Assembly: GCA_907165135.1 (NCBI GenBank)
Contig: OU015566.1
Span: 13,144,001-13,208,000, forward strand
Origin: Oikopleura dioica
Taxonomy: Eukaryota; Animalia; Chordata
Length of the DNA stretch: 64,000 nt
Direction: 5' to 3'
Shown piece by piece: positions 1-9,600 of this stretch. The notes beneath the pieces were generated by a model, which had not been told where the DNA came from, did no database searches, and saw only the letters and a program-made list of their open reading frames with translations. A program made the translations under genes and the position numbers. Numbering within the stretch: position 1 is the first letter of the stretch; each line of letters starts with the position of its first letter.

Positions 1-997
1 CCCCTAACTTTGCTGAATTCAAGAGACGGGACTGTCCTCCCCTTCGGGTCGGTTTGGCCCTTAACCTGGCTGAATTCAAGAGACGGGACTTGCCTCCCTT
101 TCTGGTCGGCTTGGTCCCTAACCTGGCTGAATTCAAGAGACGAAACTGGCCTCCCCTTCGGGTCGGCTTGGCCCCTAATCTGGCTGAATTCAAGAGACGG
201 GACTGGCCTCCCTTCGAGTCGGCTCGGTCCCTTACCTTGCTGAATTCAAGAGACGGGACTGGCCTCCCCTTCGGGTCGGCTTGGCCCCTAACCTTGCTGA
301 ATTCAAGAGACAGAACTGGCCTCCCCTTCGGGTCGGCTTGGCCCCTTACCTGGCTGAATTCAAGAGACGGGACTGGCCTCCCCTTCGGGTCGGCTTGGCC
401 CCTAACCTGGCTGAATTCAAGAGACGAAACTGGCCTCCCCTTCGGGTTGGCTTGGCCCCTAACCTGGCTGAATTCAAGAGACGGGACTGGCCTCCCCTTC
501 GAGTCGGCTTGGTCCCTTACCTTGCTGAATTCAAAAAACGGGACTGGCCTCCCCTTCGGGTCGGCTTGGTCCCTTACCTTGCTGAATTCAAGAGACGGAA
601 CTGGCCTCCCTTCGGGTCGGCTTGGTCCCTTACCTTGCTGAATTCAAGAGACAGAACTGGCCTCCCTTCGGGTCGGCTTGGCCCCTAACCTGGCTGAATT
701 CAAGAGACGGGACTGGTCTCCCTTCGGGTCGGCTTGGTCCCTTACCTTGCTGAATTCAAGAGACAGAACTGGCCTCCCTTCGGGTCGGCTTGGCCCCTTA
801 CCTGGCTGAATTCAAGAGACGGGACTGGCCTCCCCTTCGGGTCGGCTTGGTCCCTAACCTTGCTGAATTCAAGAGACGGGACTGGCCTCCCCTTCGGGTC
901 GGCTTGGTCCCTTACTTAATTTAATTCAAGAGACGGGACTGGCCTCCCCTTCGGGTCGGCTTGGCCCCTAACCTTGCTGATTTCAAGAGACGGGACT
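1..997. repeat. 56/57-bp tandem minisatellite, 18 units visible (may extend beyond the window start)
   Basis: Unit consensus CCCTAACCTGGCTGAATTCAAGAGACGGGACTGGCCTCCCCTTCGGGTCGGCTTGGC. The GAATTC core recurs at 15, 72, 129, 186, 242, 299, 356, 413, 470, 527, 584, 640, 696, 752, 808, 865, 922 (variant) and 979 (variant). The 19-aa repeat ORFs in the track follow from the 57-bp unit. Confidence 0.97.
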
Positions 998-1074
998 GAC
1001 AATCATCGCCTACAGGCGCAATGAATAGAAAAAGTATCATTTTTCTTGTTTTACAATTTTAAATTTTTGATCTT

Positions 1075-1400
1075 GAATCGCGATGAACCGCCCTGAACCG
1101 CCTTATCGACCACTCGGTTAGCTTGATCGATTCGAAAATATTTCAAAAATGTTAATGTTCAGAAAAGAAGCAATTTGATATACATATTGCCATATTTCTG
1201 ACTATTTATTAGCATGAACCGCGATGAACCGCATCGGACGGCTTTATCGACCACATGGTTTGTTGTTTCGGTTCAAAAATATGTTCAAAATGTTTGTCTT
1301 GTAATAAGGAGCAATTTCATGTGCATATTGCTGTATTTTCGATCATTTTTCTGCCTGAACCGCTTTGAACCGCCTTATCAACCGTCCGGTTCGCCCCGGT
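1075..1400. repeat. Degenerate ~140-bp tandem repeat, about 2.5 copies
   Basis: GAACCGC..GAACCGC..TTATCGACCAC..GGTT starts near 1086, 1216 and 1357. The first two copies continue with similar AAAATAT..AAAATGTT..AGCAATTT..CATATTGC blocks. Confidence 0.7.
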
Positions 1401-3604
1401 TAGCTCAAGTTGACCACCAGAAGGCTCTGGTTTGACTCATTTCATGGTTTTATTTCGTTTTTGAGTGAAAATATTCAATAAAAGCGTTTAACCGCGGTAA
1501 ACCGCTAGAATGACCGGCTGGTTAGGTAAAACCGGTTCAGTGAGTTTAGTGATTCATAAGCTTTAATTTGAGCTATAGAACGTCATCATAGCTCGCGTTT
1601 ATCAAAAGTTGAAAATCTTGAATTTTCGTATCTGACGATTTCAGTCAACTTTGAGGCATCAGATACTACTGATAACATCAAGGTGCAAAACCAATTTTTG
1701 GTGTGTCGATAGAATCGACCCTTAGCTTTCTTCCAAGGGTACTCTTGAATGTCTGACCCGGTGGGAAGGCACTTCTAATCAGCTTCTAATCACTTTAGTG
1801 CTTTTTTCTCGTCAAAAAACACCCAAAAAAGGTGTCAAAGAGACTCATTTCGAAAAATCGGCTAGTGCAGTTTTTCATAGCTTGTCTTGATGCATACGTC
1901 CAGCAAGTTTGGTTAGATTCGGCCAGAGAACCTGGAAAATAGAAAAAGGTGCGGGAAGCCTAAGTATGTGACAAAGTTTTGAATGCACTAAAGTGCTTGT
2001 TTATCGACAAAAAGTTTCAACTTTTTGTAAAGTGTTTACGTCGGAAGGGATGGTCACTGAATTAAAAAGTGCTTTTACTTTACTAAAGTTAGCCTAAAGA
2101 AAAGTATAATTTATATATAGAATTTCAAGAGCCCGCACTCGAGGGATGTTTAACGTCACTCCCACTCCCGACTCATAATTTTCTATCATTTTACGAAATG
2201 AATGATCAGTGAACTTTGAAATGAGTTTTCGTCGCCTTACGATTTTTAAAATTATGATTATAAATTTGAACTCAAATACTTCTCGTTCCAATACCCAGGT
2301 GGGTACGTATCGTCTTGTTAAAATATACAACCTTCTGATAAGAAAGAAAAAATCTTTGAAAGATGATGATAAGAACCTGTAAAAAGAAAAGAGGTGAAGA
2401 AATTTCTCCCGAAACTTTTGATGTTTTTTAGAGAGAATATTCCGTAGCTCTTCATTTTTTTATTTGTAGAAGCATATTTTCGTGTTAGCGAGCGTGAGCT
2501 CTTATCAGAAGTTGTGTATATTTCAGTGAGATTCGATCGAAAAATTCGATGAAAAAACGCAGCCCCCGTGCAGCCAGCGGGTCAAAAAAGGGCTACTGCG
2601 GGATAACCAGTTATTTTGATTTTGCACCGGGTCAAGCTGGATTTCGTATTTTCATAATTTCAGCTTTTGAAAAGGCGTGAAAATCCGCCGCATGTTTCTT
2701 TCTCTGACTTAGTGTTTAGAGAAAGAGAGAGAGTAGTAGTTTCACGTGCGCACTGCACTGCGCACTAGAATTTTCAAAAATTTTGATTTCGTTTATTTTC
2801 TTTTTATTCGCAAAACAATCAGCTGCGAACAAAGCTGGACGCGTATTGTATAATCAGAACTAGAAGAAGGTGATTTTGAGATTGGCTTAACAAATTTTTG
2901 CCAATTTTAAAATCAGCATCAGGCGAGCTAGGAACTTTGGCAAACTTTAAAGCCAGTGAGATGGAAATACAGTTCGAGCTAAACCTCCGAGCCCGCCCGT
3001 GACAAACGCGATTATGTTGAAATTGTTGGGACATTCGTTCGGAAACGGCTAAAAGGCGAATTAAGTTCTGCTTTGATCCACCGTCCTAGTTCCGGCATGG
3101 CGCGGCCTGCCTCGGCCCTGATCCGGAAACTGTGTTCCATGTCCTTCTTTATTTTCCTGTCTTACTGAATAATCTTTTCTAGTAAGAATAAGATAAGCCC
3201 TTGACTTACTGTCAGACATTTTTTAAATCCAGGAAACTCAAAAATGCACAATAAGACCTTACCCTTCCATCGCATTTCTTTGCTTTCAGGAAGGCTTTTT
3301 GTCCGGATTTTGATTGAACGAGCCCCGATTTTGAAGATTTTGATTGGACGAAGACCTTTTTTAAGAACTTCATCTTGATTTGTTAGTCACTCAATCTTTG
3401 GTCAGGTTTTTTTTTTTCAAGTTGAATTGAATCTCAAGAGTAATTCTGCAGGTGCTTCATTTTCGGGGATTTTAGGGGAACCCTGAACTTCCCGCTCGAA
3501 TTGCGAGACTACAAATTGATCCGTCGTAATTTGATCGGTTACTTACGCTTACAAGATGCATGAATTTGAAAACAATTAAAGCGTCAAATAATTATATGTT
3601 CCAG

Positions 3605-6600
3605 TGCTCGTGAACATGCTGATGAAAGACTACAATCTCGTCGGCCGGCTGCGGTCGGTAAAGCGATTTTTTCTCCTCGACCAGAGCGATTTTCTCGACC
3701 AATTCATCGACCTGGCTGATGAGGACTTGCGGAGGCCCGTTTCTAAAACTGTCCAGGTAAAAAATGAAGGATACGTGGGGTGCGCGTCGTTTGCTACGGT
3801 TTGGGGGGTTTGCGTATATTTCTACGGTTGCGTCAATTGCTACGGTGCGTATATTTCTACGGTCAAAAATAAGTCATAGGGACCGTAGCAATTGACGCAC
3901 AGTTTAGGTGGGCAAAAAGCCGGGTCGGTTTTGTCGGTTATTAATAATATTAAAAGAATTTAAAGCTATCTAAGTCGGTCGGAACGAGTGTCTGGTCGGT
4001 TTCCGCTTACAAAAATGAAAACAATATGAAGGAAAAAAATTTTAAGCCTTGGTGCAATAAGCATTGTCAAAGTATGATACTTATTCATCCTTTTGTAAGG
4101 AAAACCGACCAGACACTCGTTCCAACCGACTCAGATAGCTTAACCCTAACCCTAACCGACAAAACCGACCCGGCTTTTTGCCCACCTAAACTGTGCGTCA
4201 ATTGCTACGGTCCCTATGACTCATTTTTGACCGTAGAAATATACGCACCGTAAAAATATACGCATCGTAGAAATATACGCAAACCCCCCAAACCGTAGCA
4301 AACGACGCGCACCCGGATACGTGCCATTTCTGTACAAAAATATTTTGGGCGCGCCCGACGAATTTATTCAATCAAATAAAGTCACACTGAGACACATTTC
4401 GTCCGGGAGACCTGCTTTAGGATTTTGAAGCTAATTTAATGAAATTTTGAGACATCGCTGAATTTGAACTTTTGCTCTTGAATTGGTAAGACTTACAGGC
4501 AAGTATTGGACATATCAGTCCACTACAGTCGCTAAGTTCAAATTCTGCGCTAGAAAACCGTCTATTGTATTATATTGTCCTTTATTTATGTTTGCTACTC
4601 CTCCCTTTTTTGATCCGGATGCACAGAAAAGTTGACAAATCGAAAAAGGGAGGGGTGTATTTTTTTCGAAAGAAATCAAATAGATTTAATTGTTTCGAAG
4701 CCAAATGGAGTTTATTTGATAAACTCTTTGAAGTCGTAACTAAATTTGCTGTTTTCAGTCTCGATTACAAGCGTCGCTAGAAATGGCCATCAGAACTTCA
4801 ACTGCCGACCGGGATCTGTACAAAGACGACGTGCGCATCGTACTAGCGCCCACTGACCTGCTTCGGGATCGCAAATCAAGAATTTGAACGGGGGCGAAAA
4901 TCGCCCTGCTAAACCGTTATAATCGTGGTAGTTCGATAAACCGCGGAAACAGGCACCTGCCTGTTTTGCTGCCCGTCAATTAAGCCCTTATCGAAATTGT
5001 CGGATTGCCTGTTGTCTGCTGGACACCACCACCGATCCAGCGTGTTGTTCTACCATCCTTTTATCGCGCCGATAAGTGTCTCGGATCTGGTTTTCCTGAT
5101 GATAAAAAACGGACTTTGGACATTTTATTAGGTCCCTTTTCATGGCAAATTTTAAATAGACTTAAGAAAATGTAAGCCCTGTTTCATTTCCTTATCACGG
5201 TTTCACTTCTTATCATTTCCATTTTCGAGTAAATCAGAATAATCTCGGCATCTTGTAGGAGTTTTGAAAAACAGCCAATTTCAGTGCGGATTTTTGCCTT
5301 ATCTGTCGCCTTAAAATTGATAAGTGGGTACTCGCTTGACCAATTGGGTTTATGTGCGAGTATTTGCCGGAGATGGCATTATCCCTACTCCCCGTAACAT
5401 ATTTTTACGTTATCGTGCTTTTTGATAGCACAAAGCTTCTTGCGCAAAAAGCGGTTGGCTTTGCTCTCGCCTAGGCCCGCTATTTCTTTATCGCGCTTCG
5501 ATAAACGGTGGATATCACATGTTCCAGTTTCAACACGCATCGGCACTCAGCCTTTTTCGGTATTCTTTGTCTTGTGATCAAATCTTGTTTCCAAATGCGC
5601 ATTTTGTCGATATTACATTATCTTATCGCCAAGATAAGACGTAAAAGTTCGTTTGTAGAACGTTCTTTAGGAAGCGAAACGAAAATCGTACGCAGAAAGT
5701 TAGACAAGTACTATCTTGATTACTAAACATCAAATTTCATGCGTTTATTTGGAGATAAGAAATAATCATTTTTCAGAGAATTTGGAAAGAGTTTGATTTT
5801 ATACTTTAGTTTAATTTTGGGCGCGCTTTTCTTACTGTATAACTGTAAGTTTATTGTCTGGAAAATTATGCAACAGGTGGCCGATTTCGGGCTCCAGTAA
5901 GTCTCACCACTACAGAAAAATACTCGAATAAACTTGAATTGAGAAAGTTACAGTATCAATCGCGTTCGGAAATTGACTGTAATTGAGCAGCTTTACCAGG
6001 AAATTTTTTTACGCCCCCGAATCTGTGGGAGAAAAATAACAGCAAGAGAGTAATTGGATTTCGAATTTCGCACCCAGGCAAATAGTTCTAACAAAATTTT
6101 TGCGATCCCAGAATACAGATAACCCAGCTGATGCGAATCATCAGTATCGACTCAAAAGACACGGCGGCTGTTAAGAAGCTGAACCCAACGGATGAAGGTT
6201 TATCCTGTCTCGAAGCCATCTCGTTCGACTATGTTGTCAAGGAATCGGCTTAAACATTTTTGGACGGAGGTAGCCTCTTGCTGCGCCAGACCCTTTTTAA
6301 TAATTTTCTCGTGGATAAAAAAAACTATCGAGCCCTTTTAAGTGGCCACTCAGCTTGATCATTTCCCGGAAGCAGCTTGTTCCGTACCAGGTTCTTTGGA
6401 AAGTGATCACTTCTTCGTTAACATATAAATTCAGCTCCTCTTCCGCTTTCTCTTTTATACTAAGTACATCGAATGGATTCTTAACAATACATGGCGATAT
6501 GCATCAGAACTCACCAAGGTAACATGCTTTCACTCTATTTCTCCGTCCATTTTTAACCTGTTTTCTACACTCATTAACCCTGCTTGACTCAACATAAGTT

Positions 6601-9600
6601 GACCCTATTTTACTCTTTCCGAAATTTGATGACTGCCGCTTTTTGACGGGAGACGAGAATATTTTTGAATTTCGCTCCCGTGGCTCTTGAAATTCTCATT
6701 CGCGGTTCTCACTATTCAAGGGTTTATAACAGGTACACTGCATTTTTGGTTGCTTCGTTTGACGTCACCAGGAGTTTATTTTCTTCCCCTGTTGTAGAAA
6801 GTCGAGGGCTGAGGACCCTGACAAGGAGAAAGGAGGAAATATGAGTGTACATCCTCAATAAGGAGGATGACTCAGAAGAGCGGGGCATTAGCAGTAATCA
6901 TCTCATAATTCTCTCGTTGGCGAAAGTTCTAATCGTTCTAATTTAGCGCTTCCGAGTGGCCGATGACAAATCCCACGCTGCCTTCATTCTCCGCCACCGA
7001 ATGCTCGTCTTCGTTCAACATCTTCAGGAATAGCGGATAGATAGAAAGCAGCAGAAATTCAAATTACCAAAGTTCAGAAAGGCGGAACTAAAGGGGTTAG
7101 AAACGGCGCTTGGCGAGCGTCAAACGTGACCTGCTTCTTTCACACTTGACATTCTCAGCCCGGATTATGCAGCAACAGAGCGGTTGGAGTTCGCGCTAGG
7201 TTAATTTTTTTCCTACCGCTGGAATTATTTGCCCCTTGATCTTCATTTTCGATCCTCATTTATCCATAATTTTATTATGAATGAAATTTGAAATCTCGTT
7301 TTCAAAGCTCATTGCCCAGATCAATCATCTGATCTTTTAGTTACGTTCTTCTGTAAAAATAGCAATTTGAGTTTGAGTGAAAGTTCACCGAGCCCCCTTT
7401 TTTGGTTTATTTTCACAGCAGGTCGTGGCTCTGAAGGTATCGGCAAGATTACCGCGTTGGAGCGGGGCACGGATCACCTAGGAGAGCGCCTTCTATTTTC
7501 TTGCCTTAATTTTGCTCTGTTTGTCCGGCTTGATTCGATTCAACATGGGACTTTCAGGATTTAAGGAATCTCGTTGAATCTAGTAGTTGCAGCTCGTTTG
7601 ATGTCACGTGGATGATGTTTCTCCATGTGGCAAAGGCGTGAAATCAATTCCAAAGTAAATTGATACAGGCGCTTTCTACTGTAACCTGATTTTCTGTTGA
7701 TAATTTCTCGAATTTCTCGTGAAAACAAGGATTTCTATGAAGCTAGATAATCTTCACAACTGACAGAAGAGACTCTGAGTAAGAGGAGCTTCCGTTTTTG
7801 CTGACAATTTCTACTACCGGACTCTATAAAAAAAAGGTCCAAGTTGGATTCCAATGTTGAGGTCGACTTTCTGGCGGTTTTCTTCCCGCACCAGGATTTT
7901 TAGTCAATTTGAGGTCAACTCGCCGCTACTATAAAATTTACTTTAGTAGAAAAAATCCTTTAGTTCGGCAAATATACTTCTAGCGCCACGTTTTTCGCGC
8001 AATTCTACGCTTGTTACCGTCCGAAAATACGTTCTTTTGAAGCTTAAAGAATACTGAAAATTCTTATATGCGGAGATTACTGCGGGCAAGAAATTTCACG
8101 TGGGAGATCGGTTTAATGGATTGCGGATATAGAACAGGGCGGGGAGAATAACGCGGCTTCCTGCCTTCCTTTCTGATCAGGCATGTGACACATGACATTC
8201 ACCAGTTCGAACGATATTCACTTAACCTTCAAGAACTTTCGGAGCTTTGAGCTGTCGGGCTTACTTTTTCTACGGACGTTTTTACTGAGGACTCGGTCTT
8301 ATAAATAGACACCTTTCTTTATTCTGTATTTATCCGCTTCAAAAGTCCTACATCACCTTTGGCGTCATTGAACCGCAGTGGAAAGTATTCATGGAAACGC
8401 TGGCAAAAGTTCAGAACGTTGATGAAGGTAATTTTCACCTGTCGCGTGTAATTTATTCAACTATGATGCTCACCGGAAGTGATGATGATCGCTTTGAGAA
8501 GGCTTTCTAAATCAAGATTTTATGCTTGTTGTCAAAGGATAAGCTTATTAGCTTTATTTTTGATGACGGTTTACTAAGCCGCCATAAAAAAAGTCGTCCA
8601 AATAGTTTTCTCATTAGTTTCATAAAACTGACAATTGACCCTGGTTACAAAATATTGTTTTTGAACCGTAAACGCAGCTATCTCGACACAGAAACTTAAT
8701 TTCCAAGCAAAGAGTTCATCCTTCGGTTTTCGTGCACAACAACTTTTCTGTTTTCAACAATGCTCGTTTTCCTCCTTACCGTAAAAACATATGTGTCTGT
8801 TAGCCACAGTAGAAATGGCTTGATATCATAACATTGCTTATTTTCGTGAACAATGTCGGAAATCGTCAACAGAGTAAATATCAAATATTGTTAACGATTA
8901 ACGAATTCCGACAAACGGAAAGATCAAACTAAAGTTAATCGGTCTGGCTGCCAAACGGGGTTAATCCAATCAATTGGTCTTCTGTTTGTTAAGTAAGATT
9001 TTCCGGTACAATACAAAAAAAAAGCTGAAGTCGAACCTTTCGGCAGACCCTCTTTTCCGCTTATTTTGGAAAAGACAGTAACTGAACAGACAAACATTGG
9101 GTCTGTTGAAACCCAAGTCGAAAAACAAACGGCTGAGGTCTTATAAGCTTTTTCGCCAGCCACTGAAAAAATGCCTAAATATCCAAGCTGCCCTTATCCA
9201 ATTTCGCTAGTACTCGGTGTTTCTTGTAAAACTTTGCTTTCCGCTCAGGGGTTGGGTTGCCGGCTAACTGAGGACAAAACTCAAAAGTCTAAAGAATAAC
9301 TCCAGCTGCGAACAAATTCAATTATCTTACATGTGGTGATATTATTTATAGAACATGAAAATTGATGAGCGCCTATCGTATTTTGGCGAAGCATGTCTTT
9401 CTTTTTATCATCATCTGCACCATTGTAACCAATTCTCAATTGATACAAGGAAAGTCATTGTTATTTAAGCATTCAAAATTGACTTCGATTTCGAGCCATT
9501 CTATATTCTAGCGGTGGTGTTATGATATGACTCCGTTGTAGAATCAAGACTTTGTTAGATCAAATTAAAATTGATTTTTGTTTGATATTTTCAACTGGCG

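Noticed and set aside
18-26. TTCAAGAGA (common shRNA loop) plus an EcoRI site in most units, suggesting a synthetic construct
   Set aside because: The flanks do not form a stem, the units vary in a natural mosaic way, and the array grades into genomic sequence.
10-919. Repeat-protein ORFs (19-aa units)
   Set aside because: They follow from the 57-bp unit, shift frame at the 56-bp units, and have no clear start or splice context.
1-997. CRISPR array
   Set aside because: The units are contiguous, with no unique spacers; the context is eukaryotic and there are no cas genes.
2820-3060. Additional upstream TUBGCP2 exons (LRTKLDAYCIIR, DKRDYVEIV)
   Set aside because: The similarity is weak and the frames are broken by a stop or frameshift, so they are not included in the model.
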